A stretch of DNA of 64,000 nucleotides from an uncultured Acidobacteriota bacterium (GCA_963697835.1 CAVOPG010000002.1:2243256-2307255), one strand, 5' to 3'. Positions 9,601 to 17,704 are shown, counted from the first letter of the stretch. The notes: generated by a model not told the origin, from the sequence alone. A program made the numbers and translations.

Positions 9601-9961
9601 AGTAGAACGACGTGACCAGCACCACGTCGTTCCGCCCATCGCCGGTGACGTCGCCGATGGCCACGGCCTCGGGCCACGAACCAGTCGCGATGGCGGTGTA
9701 CGGCTCGAAGAGACCCGAGGGCCCTCCGGACAGGGACGTGAGGGCCGCGGGTGTGGCAGCGGCCGCCGCCCGTGGAGCGGCGGAGGGACGCTGCTCCAGG
9801 CCCGCTGGCCCCTTCCGGACCTCGAACCACTTCCCGCCGTCCTGCTTGAGGTACGCGCGCCCGTCGGGCTTCCGGACGCTCGACGGGGCCTGGGCGAAGC
9901 CGGGGACCGTGGCCAGGAGAAGAAGGACGGCCGGGGCGAAGATCGAGCGCCGCGAGATCAT
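3683..9961 (-). CDS. Giant secreted multidomain adhesin-like protein: FG-GAP/VCBS propeller, IPT/TIG domains, ELWxxDGT-repeat propeller, 7 Calx-beta domains and a conserved C-terminal CRLVDTR-type domain
   Basis: Uninterrupted ORF 3683..10015. ATG 9961 is preceded by GGAGGAG and gives the signal peptide MISRRSIFAPAVLLLLATVPGFAQA. FG-GAP motifs recur (IGDVTGDGRNDVV, GDLNGDGRNDIV, ADLNHDGRLDIV, GDIDNDGRPDVV). IPT-like units read TITGFNPTSG..., TITSFTPTVG.... ELWxxDGT-like repeats include GLWRTDGT, RELWSYDGT, ELWTSDGT and RELWYCDET. Calx-beta signatures include GxDY...L.F..G.T...v.V.v.gD...E..E.F and ITDDD. Confidence 0.9.
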   Translation of the reverse strand: MISRRSIFAPAVLLLLATVPGFAQAPSSVRKPDGRAYLKQDGGKWFEVRKGPAGLEQRPSAAPRAAAAATPAALTSLSGGPSGLFEPYTAIATGSWPEAVAIGDVTGDGRNDVVLVTSFYFDAANDYKLFVFPQLPDGTLDAPVKYPAAGTYTSSPETVAIGDLNGDGRNDIVVGNTGDAIGVFYQNPSGTLDPVSLHPTIDSGKVRIADLNHDGRLDIVGAGWGTDTVTVLLQQADGTLATPVVYSAPHAGWDDLEVGDLNGDGWADVAVTSDQGMATVSISVLYQQADGTLGGLVNRSVGGGEWPSGVAVGDVSGDGRKDLVASFGGNQPSSGLAVFAQDGSGVLAASPTTYASYDIPEPVEVADVNGDGKPDVLVAHGGWTALGVYLQAAGVLGSEMLEPIPYASHYNPHGLAVGDIDNDGRPDVVLADYNNGLVILRHAHPPTITGFNPTSGGYFASVQLTGTSFTAATDVRFNGTSTTFSVVTPTMIVTTVPPASTTGPISVTTPGGTATSASSFTVTSIPAPTITSFTPTVGAAGTAVTITGTNFTGVTAVAFAGASATFTVDSATQISTTVPAAARSGSISVTGPGGTAISALFTVPTAFTAGKIAEIAGSSIYFGADFQGSGATGFTTYQGYVYFFASENWDSLHTADRTGLWRTDGTTVEFREPFFDIVEMAVLNGRLLISGTYEPGTPYGRELWSYDGTSPTLVKDVYTGSVSSNPWRFFVVPAGVVAPEERLLFSASPDQNGPTLQVTDGTTAGTAVLDTFKDPREFVTFNGSVFLTAKETQASTETNLWSWSPSTGRQLIEARVDGQLAAVASTLFIAKRSGSTSPGRLKQELWTTNGVQDAATPLSTLWPNGDAAVSELTTVGTTVFFAACDPKVGRGLYKTDGTTVTLVKDFLTPGGGFATGPSNSCDPANGPNQLTEIHGRLYFVVDDGVHGLELWTSDGTTGGTRMVQDLNQDPSAPLEFQPAEPSDPSLNLESCGRAKCRVVTSNGFFFTAQTVATGRELWYCDETTMTIALAADPLPGVMSGVTSDYLARLGSQIVFAGADDYSNSEPWALELGPAALAARSAAAAPRADGAAAISAAASRSTDGAARREVTGGGDPGAVVLAAAPTLSIDGVTPPAQNPPVCVGAPTSVCVREGSSISFKVTLTSGTGGHAADIYVDYRTVAITAKPGTDYVEKMTFAPGVHVLTHTPVKFAATTSSTPQTVTLSIATVNDQAYEDHYKSFAVEIFNPTEGTIAVPTAAAWIENEDVPGPDGPYWPTVSLNSVTVTESATNPPFAVFQATLNNKPSEKTTRLYWTSGVGGEDPPADPALDYRETSGFFVFRPGDTTHTISVETFDDTIDEPNEKFWVDLDTASNWGAWVGVGRGVGQITDNDNSTLAIADAGNIPEGDTGTTNATFNITISTPYYRDFTLNYTTVDGTAKAGLDYTAVQGTLFFPKGATQRSLTVPLLGDVLDESNEAFTLVLSNSTGPGISDTSGLATITDDDTTVSVADASTTEGNTGTATVTFTVSTADVAGNKSAFTVDYATADGGAQPATAGVDYVSTSGTLSFPQGTRTRTFTVTVNSDLVDEPAETFLVHLSNSSGPLILDGDAVGTINDNDTATVAINNVTIPEGNAGTTDAVFTVSLSLNTPYYRDFTVNWATAAGITNPATEGVDYLAASGTLTFTAGTTTRTVTVPVVGDTLDEANETFAVVLSNSTGPAISDSRGDGTITDDDVLTINVADVSVTEGNSGTTPATFTLTVSGDHAQPVTVNAATSPGGPTPPAATAGTDFMTLSTLVTFAPGVLSQQVSVSVIGDTTVEAANESFGLSLSGPTGGATLARTKALGIILDDDSPRTISLSPLAVQATEPLSGSVNATFTVTLSGASGSTVTVDYATANGSALAGSDYTSTSGTLSFDPGDLTRTVDVAVLSDALVEGAETFTLTLSSPTNATIATGAGMATATIGDSLSQIAMGFYTVAPCRLVDTRYPAPGAPLVAGVSRTFTVVGGNCLIPPTARAISYNVTVTGSTAGGNVRLFPGGTPAPATSSVNFSTGQTRANNGFVALGTNGDIGVLLAPTGTGHVIIDVNGYME
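4064..6586 (-). repeat. Tandem array of 7 Calx-beta modules (111-140 aa each) inside the giant gene
   Basis: I counted module boundaries from the translation. Each module ends in DDD/DND/ENED-type acidic motifs. Modules 3 and 5 share long identical stretches (TPYYRDFT.N, VLSNSTGP.ISD). Confidence 0.8.
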
Positions 9962-10138
9962 GGACTCCTCCACAGGTGACAAGTCGGGACCTGCAAGTGG
10001 GCCAGGCCCCGCCACACCGTGTGGAGTATAGGTGCTGAACGATTCAGCGCGATCGGTTCAAGTGATCGCTCTCACATCGTTCGATTTCAATACGGATTAA
10101 GATTAGTACATCGGCATCATTGACTTCTGGTATCCGTA

Positions 10139-12219
10139 TCACCACACGTCGCAGCGCTTGTCGGACGGACGGACCATGGGCGCGCCGGCTGGGCAGCCGA
10201 AGGCCTTCTCGAACTCCGGCAGGTTCGACAGCGGGCCGATGACGCGGTACTTCCCCGTCGGGTGCGGGTCGCCCTGCACCATCAGCCGCTGGGTCTCGGG
10301 ACGGATGGCGTCGCCGCGGAACTGGCCCCAGGCGATGAAGAACTGCTGCTCCGGCGTGAAGCCGTCGACCGTGGGCGCGGGCGCCTTGCCCTCGAGCGAC
10401 TTCAGGAACGCGCGGTAGGCGATCCTGGCGCCGGCGAGGTCGCCGATCGACTCGCCGAGGACCAGCTTGCCGTTGTGGTGGATCCCGGGCTCGATCTCGT
10501 AGCTCTCGAACTGGTCGACCACGCACTGCCCCCGCGCCCGGAACTTCGCGAGGTCCGCCGCCGCCCACCAGTTCCGGAGCCGCCCCTGCGCGTCGTACTG
10601 CGCGCCCTCGTCGTCGAAGCCGTGGCTGATCTCGTGGCCGATGACCACTCCGATGGCGCCGTAGTTCACGGCGTCGGCCGCGTCCACGCTGAACGCCGGG
10701 GGCTGCAGGATCCCCGCCGGGAACACGATCTCGTTCAGCAGCGGGTTGTAGTACGCGTTCGAGGTGGGCGGCGTCATCCCCCACCGGCCGCGGTCCACCG
10801 GCTTGCCGACCTGGCTTCGTTCGTCGTCCACGTTGAACTTCCGTCCCGGCCGCCACGTTCGCCCAGTAGGCGTCGCGCCCGATGGGCACTCCGGAGTAGT
10901 CCTTCCACTTGTCGGGATAGCCGATCTTCGGGTTGAAGGTCGCGAGCTTCTCGAGGGCCTTCGCCTTCGTCTCCGGTCCCATCCACCCGAGCCCCCGGAT
11001 GGTGTCGCCCATGGCGAGGAGCAGGTTCTTCACGAGCTCCTGCATGCGGGCCTTCGCTTCCGGCGGGAAGTGCTTCTCGACGTACTTCCGGCCGAGCGCC
11101 TCGCCGAGAACGGCGTCCGTCGACTCCGCGCAGCGTTTCCAGCGGGGCTTCATCTCCTTCGCCCCGCCGAGGTACTGCTCCTCGAAGGCGAAGGCTTCCT
11201 TCACGAAGGGCGACGAGAGGTGCGGGGCGGCGGACCGGACGAGGTGCCAGCGGAGGTACGCCTTCCAGGAGGCGAGGGGCGTCTCCAGGAAGAGCCGGTC
11301 CATGGCCTTCAGGAACTCGGGTTCCTGGACATTGAGGGCGGAGCGCGGCAGCTTCGCGGCGGCGAAGTAGCCGGGCCAGTCGAAGTTCGGGGCGAGGTCC
11401 GTGAGGGCCACGAAGCTCGTCTTGTGGTCGGTGGCCCTCGGGTCGCGGCGGGCCACGTTGTCGAGCGACGCCAGGGCGAGCTGCTTCTCCATGCGGAAGA
11501 CGGCCTCCGCCGCGAGGCGCGACTCGGCACGTGCTCTTTCCGCTCAGCTCGACGAGGTGCGCCACGTGGACCCGGTACTTCTCGCGCGCCTCCTGGAAAC
11601 GGGGCTCCGTCTTCACGTAGTAGTCGCGGTCGGGCAACCCGAGGCCCGAGGCGAGAACGTCCGCGATCACCCGCGTCGGCGCGTGGTTGTCCGGCGAGGC
11701 GCGGAGTCCGAACGGCACCTGGATCGCCATCTCGTGGAAACGGCCGATCATCTTGTCGACGACGCCGATGTCGGCCAGGGCCGTCGATCTCGGCGAGCAG
11801 GGGTTTGATCGGCTCCAGGCCCAGAGCCTCGACGCGCGCCTCGTCCATGCACGCGCCGTAGTGGTCGCCGACCAGCTGCTCGACGCTCCCCTTCGGCCAG
11901 TCGGTCCGGGCCGACTGAGCCCGTCGAGGATCGCGTTCAGCTGGTCCTTGGCCGTCTCCCCCGCCGCCCAGCGGCGGCTCCAGCGCACCATCGACGGCGG
12001 GATCGGATTGGCGGCCCGCCAGGCCCCGTTCGCGAACTCGAAGAAGTCGACGCAGGGCGCGACCGATCGGTCCAGGTCGCCCGTCTCGATGCCCGTCCGG
12101 GCGGGCACGTCGGCGGCGAGGGCGGACGAAGCGAGGGCGAGGAGCGCGGCGGCGGCGAGCGGTCGCAGGGCTTCCGGCCTACTTGCCCGCTTCGAACGGC
12201 GCGGCCAGCTTCGTCCCAC
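10139..12219 (-). pseudogene. M13 family zinc metallopeptidase (PepO/endothelin-converting-enzyme-like), interrupted by 4 frame changes
   Basis: Segments lie in three frames. They are CVDFFEFANGAWRAANPIP... (frame of 12219), ARTDWPKGSVEQLVGDHYGACMDEARVEALGLEPIKPLLAEID (frame of 11848) and LADIGVVDKMIGRFHEM...YYVKTEPRFQEAREKY. They continue with MEKQLALASLDNVARRDP...YWANVAAG (frame of 11492) and GKPVDRGRWGMTPPTSNAYYNP...VIGHEISHGFDDEG...CDVW* (frame of 10831, HExxH present). The shifts fall near 11911, 11782, 11538 and 10844. Confidence 0.85.
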
Positions 12220-12699
12220 CCCAGCTCAGGCCGAAGCTGCCGCCCTTCGCCGCGGGCGCGAGGTCGATGGTGAACGTCTCGACCGGGCTGGCCAGCGCGG
12301 TCTTCGTCATGGCGACGCTGCACGACGTCCTTGGCCGGGTCGTGCTGCGTCCCCCACTGCCCCGTCTGGGAGTTGAAGACCAGCTGGAACGCGTCCCCGC
12401 TCTTCTTCAGCCAGAGGCTGTAGGCTCCCTTGGGCGACCTTCGTCGCGCCGAACGAGAGGTCGACGGGTGTCGTCAGGACCGTGGCCTGGTTCATGCCCA
12501 TCCGCCAGAACGCCCCCTCCTGCAGCTGGGACAGCATGTCCCGCCCCTTGAGCGATGGACGGCCGTAGTCGACCGTGATCGCGCCCGATCCCGCCTTCAG
12601 CTCCGCCTTGCCCCGCTCCGCCTGTGCGCTCGCGGGCACCGTGAGGACGAACGACAGCATTCCAGGGAACGTCCAGGCGAGAACCTTCTTCAGTGTCAT
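12179..12699 (-). pseudogene. DUF2911-like secreted protein, 2 frame changes
   Basis: ATG 12699 follows GGGAGG. The protein begins MTLKKVLAWTFPGMLSFVLTVPASAQA...GAFWRMGMNQATVLTTPVDLSFGATKVA. It continues in a second frame as KGAYSLWLKKSGDAFQLVFNSQTGQWGTQHDPAKDVV and in a third as MTKTALASPVETFTIDLAPAAKGGSFGLSWGGTKLAAPFEAGK* (stop 12179-12181). The shifts fall near 12434 and about 12310-12325. Confidence 0.7.
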
Positions 12700-12740
12700 G
12701 GATACCTCCCTTTCCAGCTTCCTTCGCCGGCGGCTCACTG

Positions 12741-13883
12741 TCAACGGCCCGGCATGTACAGCCCCGCGACCTCGAGGGCGAGCGCGCGCGGGTCGAGGTC
12801 GTCGCGGTTGCAGAGGACGACGACCGTGAGCCCGTCGTCGGGGAAGCGCTCGATCACCGTGCGGAAGCCGACGGTCGATCCCTGGTGCCACATTCGCGGC
12901 CGGCCGTGCCACGGGTCGAGGAACCAGCCGAACCCGTAGGACACGGGACGGCCGGGGTCGAGGTTGTCGCCGCCCGCCTCGGAAGGCCACCTGGGCTCGG
13001 ATCCGTCGAGGAGCCGCACCGGCGTGAGCGCGGGCTTCATCGCCCCCGGGGAGAGGAGCTCGCTCACCCGCAGGGCCTCGTCCCACTTCGCGAGGTCCTC
13101 GAGGTTCGAGTAGACGCCGCCGTCGCCGAGCGTCGCCGACGTGGGGCTCTGGTCGGTTTCCCGGAAGCCGGCGCCGTCCTTCGCGTGGCCGAAGGCACGG
13201 CGCTCCACCTCGTTCCTTCCCCTCGCGAACGCGAGCGTGTGGCCCATCGCCAGGGGTTTGAAGATCCGCTGGTGCAGGAAGTCGCCGAACGGCTTCCCCG
13301 AGGCGCGCGCGACGACGAGGCCCAGCACGACGTAGCCCGAGTTGCTGTAGGCCCAGCTCGTTCCCGGGGCGAAGCGGCCCTTCGTCTCGCCCCGCAGGAG
13401 AGCGAGGACCTCGTCGTCGTGGATCTGTCGGTCGGCCGTCCAGATCGGCGCCCGGCCCTTCTCGGCCGCCGCCATCAGGTCCTCGTAGTCGGGCAGGCCG
13501 GAGGTGTGGGTGAGCAGGTGGCGGATCGTGATCCCCTTGCCGTAGGCCGGGAAGGCGGGGAAGACGTCGGTGAGCGCGTCGCCGTAGCGCAGCTTGCCGT
13601 CGCGCACGAGCAGCATGACGGCCATGGCCGTGAACTGCTTGGTCACGGAAGCGAGGCGGAAGCTCGTGTCGGGATCGATGCGCTCGCGCGACCGGAGATC
13701 GCGGACGCCGTACCCACGCTCGAAGACCGTCTTCCCGTCTTGCCGCACGAGGACCGCGAGGCCGGGTTCGTCGGTGCGCACGAGCTTCTCGAGGATGCTC
13801 GCGGTCTCGGCCTCGCGGGGGTCCCGGCCGGACGACGCGAGCGCCAGGAGCGCCGAGACCGCGGACACGCCCGCGAGCGTCAA
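12741..13883 (-). CDS. Serine hydrolase, beta-lactamase/transpeptidase-like family (class C/EstB-like)
   Basis: SxxK motif SVTKQF, YSNSGY, and a typical body. The TTG start (13883) overlaps the upstream stop (TTGA) and follows AAGGAGGG. The signal-like N-terminus is LTLAGVSAVSALLALASS. Confidence 0.85.
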   Translation of the reverse strand: MTLAGVSAVSALLALASSGRDPREAETASILEKLVRTDEPGLAVLVRQDGKTVFERGYGVRDLRSRERIDPDTSFRLASVTKQFTAMAVMLLVRDGKLRYGDALTDVFPAFPAYGKGITIRHLLTHTSGLPDYEDLMAAAEKGRAPIWTADRQIHDDEVLALLRGETKGRFAPGTSWAYSNSGYVVLGLVVARASGKPFGDFLHQRIFKPLAMGHTLAFARGRNEVERRAFGHAKDGAGFRETDQSPTSATLGDGGVYSNLEDLAKWDEALRVSELLSPGAMKPALTPVRLLDGSEPRWPSEAGGDNLDPGRPVSYGFGWFLDPWHGRPRMWHQGSTVGFRTVIERFPDDGLTVVVLCNRDDLDPRALALEVAGLYMPGR

Positions 13884-14588
13884 CGGGGCTGGCCCTCCTT
13901 CGCCCGGTCGTAGATGCGCTTCAGGGCGACGCCCGGCCCGAGGCCGCCTTCCATCTTGACGTTGACGATGAGGCGGCTGCCGTCGGGGATCATCTCCCAG
14001 GTCTCGACCACGCTGCCCCCGCGGGTCTGCCTCGTTTCGACGAGGAGCTTGCCCTCCTTCCAGGAGGTCTTGAGCTCCGACGCGCCGTTGTCGGTCTTGT
14101 ACTTCTTCCCGTCGGGGTGGAGCCGGCGCATCCGGCCGAACTTCTCGTCGATGGCGATCTCGGAAGCCTCCTGCACGATCGCGAGCTCCTCGGCCGGCTC
14201 GAAGATCGAGTGCATCGACTCGCGTGCGTCGTCGTCCCCGTCCATCCCGCCGGGCGGCGGACTCATCCGGCCACCTCGACCACCCATCCCTCCGCTGCCA
14301 CCCATGCCGCCCCCACCCGGACCACCCGTCCCGCCGCCGCCAGGCCCACCGCCGGGTGCTCCACCGCCAGGCCCACCCCTGCCCGAACCGTCTCGCCCCT
14401 CCTGGCCGTCGCGCATCTTCTCGCGCGCGTCGTCGCTCAGCTCGCGGTTGTAGACCCAGCGGCCGGAGAGATCCACGGTGACGGCCGGCAGCTTTCGCCT
14501 TCTCGTCAGCCTGGGCGAGCGGTGGACCGAGGGCGACGCCGGGGGAGAACGCGAGAGCACACGAGAGGAACGCCGTTCGCATCGTCAT
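13880..14588 (-). pseudogene. Secreted hypothetical protein with Gly-rich low-complexity core, 1 frame change
   Basis: ATG 14588 follows AAGGAGGG. The signal peptide is MTMRTAFLSCALAFSPGVALGPPLAQA DEKAK. The frame then shifts at an AAA run (plus-strand ttt 14493-14495) into ORF 13880..14560 (LPAVTVDLSGRWVYNRELSDD...GGPGGGAPGGGPGGGG...KRIYDRAKEGQPR*). Confidence 0.55.
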
Positions 14589-15013
14589 CGGACCCTCCTT
14601 CGCCGCGCCCCGCGGGGAGGCCCGGCGTCGTCCTCGGTACCGAGCATTAGACGACACTCGGCGGCATCGATTCGTAAAGAGACCGCAAAACTTCGTGCTC
14701 CGGGACGAGGAGTCCGAGCGGATGGAGAAGGGAACGGGCGTCGTGAGTCAGCCAGGCGCCAGAGGGCAACGGAAAGGCCCAGACATGAGAGCGCCCCTTG
14801 AGCTGTCGGGGGGATTGACAAGTTCCTGGGAGGGTCCAAACTGGAGGGAATCGTATCGTCATAAGAAGGCGCAGGTCCGGCCCGCGCATCGCCTTCCCTC
14901 AGCCGGTGGGCCCCTGACGAGGGCTTCGCACCGGGCGTCCCCCGCGAGTGAAGAAGAGATCGGCCCGACCAGGACGACGGTGTCCCGGCCGGCAAGAGAG
15001 AAGGCGGTTGGCG

Positions 15014-15172
15014 ATGCCCGAGCTGGTGCACTCGACAGAGTGCGCGTGCCATGACTGCTGGAGCCGCCGGCTGATTCGTGACTCCGGCCCGGCCTCCGGA
15101 CCCTACTCCGCCGATGAGATGGAGGACTTCGGCCACCTTCTGACGGAGCGCAAGCTCAGCCAGGAAGAGTGA
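15014..15172 (+). CDS. Possible small Cys/His-rich protein (52 aa), hypothetical
   Basis: MPELVHSTECACHDCWSRRLIRDSGPASGPYSADEMEDFGHLLTERKLSQEE. About 43 of 51 codons end in G/C (hand count), unlike the surrounding lower-GC spacer. The RBS is weak (gagaaggcgg). I recognise no homolog. Confidence 0.25.
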   Translation: MPELVHSTECACHDCWSRRLIRDSGPASGPYSADEMEDFGHLLTERKLSQEE

Positions 15173-15195
15173 CCACTTAAGACCGAAGGCCATCC

Positions 15196-16555
15196 TCACT
15201 CTTCCACCAAGCCCGCCGTCATTTCCTCCGAGGGCTCACCTCCGGCCATTGCCTGGGCCACGATCAGGCGGCGCGCCTCCACCCTGATCTTGGGCAAGCG
15301 TCAGCCCGAACCAGACGGCACCTCCCAGGCACGCCACGGCCCCCATGGCAACCGTGAGGGGTGCGCCCAGCCGGTGAGCCAGCGCTCCTCCCATCAACGC
15401 TCCGAACGGCGCCATCCCCATGAACATCATCGAGTACACGGACATCACCCGGCCGCGCAGGTGGTCCGGCACCATGGTCTGGATCAGCGTGTTGGACGAC
15501 GCCATCTGCAGCATCATGCAGAACCCCGCGGGCACCAGAAGCGCCGTGGAGACCCAGAAGCTGCGCGAGAACGCGAAGAGGACCAGCGCGGCCCCGAACC
15601 CACCACACGAGTACGCCACCCACCGGCCCAGTCCACGCACGCCGGTCCGCGAGGCCAACGTGAGCGCAGCCAGCAGCGCCCCCACGCCGGTGGCGCTCAT
15701 CAGGATCCCCAGGCCGCGGGCTCCGCCGTGCAGGATCCGGTCAGCGAAGAGCGGCATGAGCACCGTGTAGGGCATGGCCACCAGGCTGACGAGCCCGAGA
15801 AGGAGCAGAATCGCCCGGATCGGACGCGTATGCCGCACGAAGCGGAAGCCCTCGACGATCTGCGTCAGTGGCGAGCCGGAGGGCGGGCTTCTGGAAGGGA
15901 CGCGGCACTCGCATCATCGTCAGCCCGACGATCACCGCGATGTAGCTGACGGCGTTCGCGAAGAAGCACCATCCTTCACCGATCATCGCCACCAGGATTC
16001 CGGCGACCGCGGGCCCGACGATTCGCGCCCCATTGAACATGGAGGAATTCAGGGCGATGGCGTTCATCAGGTCTTCCTTGCCGACCATGTCGACGAGGAA
16101 GGCCTGTCTGGCCGGGATGTCGAACGCATTCGCCACGCCGAGGGACGCCGCCAGCACCAGGATGTGCCACACCTGCACCTTCCCGGAGAGCGTCAACGCC
16201 GCGAGCAGGAAGGCCAGCACCATGGAGGCCGTCTGGGTCCCGATCACGATCCGCTGCCGGTCGTAGCGGTCGGCCACCGTCCCGCCCAGTGGAGCCACCA
16301 GGAAGACCGGGATCTGGCTCGACGAACCCCACCGTGCCCAGCAAGCAGCGAAGAGCCGGTGAGCCGGTAGACCAGCCAGGACAGCGCCACGGTCTGCATC
16401 CACGTGCCGGTCACGGAGATGAGCTGTCCGCCGAAGAAGAGCTGGAAGTTGCGGTGCTTCAGGGCGCGCAGGGTCGTCGGCAGCCCGCCACCGCCCGGTC
16501 CGCCCGGAGCGGGACGGCTGTGGAGCCCGTCTCGAGAGACGGCTGGGTTGCTCAC
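15196..16555 (-). pseudogene. MFS transporter (EntS/DUF894-like family), 4 frame changes
   Basis: The segments, in order, are LRALKHRNFQLFFGGQLISVTGTWMQTVALSWLVYRLTGSSLL, then LGTVGFVE, then QIPVFLVAPLGGTVADRYDRQRIVIGTQ...GLTMMRVPRPFQKPA. They continue with SGSPLTQIVEGFRFVRHTRPIRAILLLLGL...AVWFGLTL and then PKIRVEARRLIVAQAMAGGEPSEEMTAGLVEE* (stop 15196-15198). The shifts fall near 16343, 16319, 15882 and 15295, and each behaves as +1. Confidence 0.8.
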
Positions 16556-16578
16556 GCGCCTCGCGACGGTGACGAGCG

Positions 16579-17589
16579 CTACGGCTGTGTCGCCCAGGCC
16601 AGACCGTCGGCCATCGGCCCCGCCTGGATGAGCCGCTCGACCTTCCAATCCGCGAGGTCGATCGCCGCCACCTGGCCGCTGGCGTCGCAGGACACGTAGG
16701 CCACGCGCCCGTCGGGCCTCACCAGGACCTCCTGCGGCGCCTTCGGCACGTCGAGGGTGCGCACGACCTCCATCGACTTGATGTCGAGGACGCCCACCTG
16801 GTTCACGCCGGGCAGCGCCATGAGCAGCCAGCGGCCGTCCGGGGTGGCCGCCGTCCCGTAGGCGACGCCGGGCAGGGCCACGCCGGGGGCGAGCTTGTTC
16901 GTCTTCGTGTCGATCACCGCCAGCCGCGGCGCGTCCTGGTCGGCGGTGAACGCCCAGCGGCCGTCCGTGGACAACGCGATGCGCTGCGCTCGGGCCGCCA
17001 CCGTGACCACGGCCGCGACCTTCCGCGTGGCGACGTCGATGACGCTCACCGTTCCCGCGCCTACGTTCGACGTGTAGGCCGTCCTGCCGTCAGGCGAGAG
17101 GACGAGCATGTGCGACTCCTTCTGGCCGGTGGGGAGGGTGTCCACCACGGTGTTCGTGCGCGGGTCGACGACCTTGACCGAATTGGTGAGCTCCGTCGTC
17201 ACGTAGAGCCGGCCGTCCGGCCCGAACACGGCGGCGTGAGGCCGCTGGGGGGCCGCGAAGTCGATGGTGGTCACGCGTCGCTGCGAGGCGAGGTCGATCA
17301 CGTCCATCGTCCGCCCGTCGGAGCCGGGCCGACCCACGCCCGAGTCGCCGTAGATCGGCACGTAGGCCGTCCTGCCGTCCGGGGAGGCGACGACCTCGTG
17401 GCCGGTCACCCCGCTCTGCTTCACGGTCGCCACCTGCCGGCCCGTTTCCGGGTCGATGATCCCGAGTGTGTGGTCGCCCTTGTTCGCGACCAGCAGCCGG
17501 CCACCCGCGGCAGGCGAGCCGGCCGTGCGCACCTCCGCTCCGGCCACCGTGGCCAGCAAGACCATGACGACGCCTCCCTTCCGCAGCAT
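16579..17589 (-). CDS. YVTN/YncE-like beta-propeller repeat protein, secreted
   Basis: Intact 336-aa ORF with a strong RBS (GGGGGAGGAGG). Repeated units read SPDGRTAYV, GPDGRLYVT, SPDGRTAYTS, STDGRWAFT, TPDGRWLLM and RPDGRVAYVS. Confidence 0.8.
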   Translation of the reverse strand: MLRKGGVVMVLLATVAGAEVRTAGSPAAGGRLLVANKGDHTLGIIDPETGRQVATVKQSGVTGHEVVASPDGRTAYVPIYGDSGVGRPGSDGRTMDVIDLASQRRVTTIDFAAPQRPHAAVFGPDGRLYVTTELTNSVKVVDPRTNTVVDTLPTGQKESHMLVLSPDGRTAYTSNVGAGTVSVIDVATRKVAAVVTVAARAQRIALSTDGRWAFTADQDAPRLAVIDTKTNKLAPGVALPGVAYGTAATPDGRWLLMALPGVNQVGVLDIKSMEVVRTLDVPKAPQEVLVRPDGRVAYVSCDASGQVAAIDLADWKVERLIQAGPMADGLAWATQP

Positions 17590-17704
17590 GCGTGCCTCCT
17601 CCCCCTTCGCCCGTGGAATCCCGGTACCGTATCACGCGACGGACGCACGGAGGTCCTCTCTCGTCGCGTGCGGGGAGTCCGGCGCCAGAGTAGGATCCGG
17701 CTCC

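Noticed and set aside
12179-12219. Apparent 41-nt overlap between the DUF2911 stop and the M13 GTG start at 12219.
   Set aside because: The M13 start is uncertain. The hydrophobic signal sequence begins only at ...LRPLAAAALLALASSALA, so the real start is probably downstream of 12219 and the overlap is probably not real. I could not identify a convincing alternative start codon.
13914-14650. Pro-rich plus-strand ORFs (13914..14453, 14117..14650, 14224..14481) opposite the Gly-rich gene.
   Set aside because: They are the antisense reading of GGN-rich codons (CCN = Pro) and have no start context or other features.
14650-15010. Possible riboswitch or leader RNA (GGAA/GGGA-rich segment gagaagggaacgggcgtcgtgagtcagccaggcgcc...).
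   Set aside because: I compared it from memory with the cobalamin B12-box, ykkC/guanidine, ZTP, c-di-GMP-I, Mn and fluoride consensus cores. None of the conserved cores is present. It is kept only as an unexplained gap in the findings.
15196-15210. tccacca motif (tmRNA/tRNA 3' end-like), together with ggttcgatt (T-loop-like) at 57804-57812.
   Set aside because: Neither has a flanking T-arm or acceptor-stem complementarity. The first is the stop region of the MFS gene, and the second overlaps the RBS and TTG start of the kinase gene.
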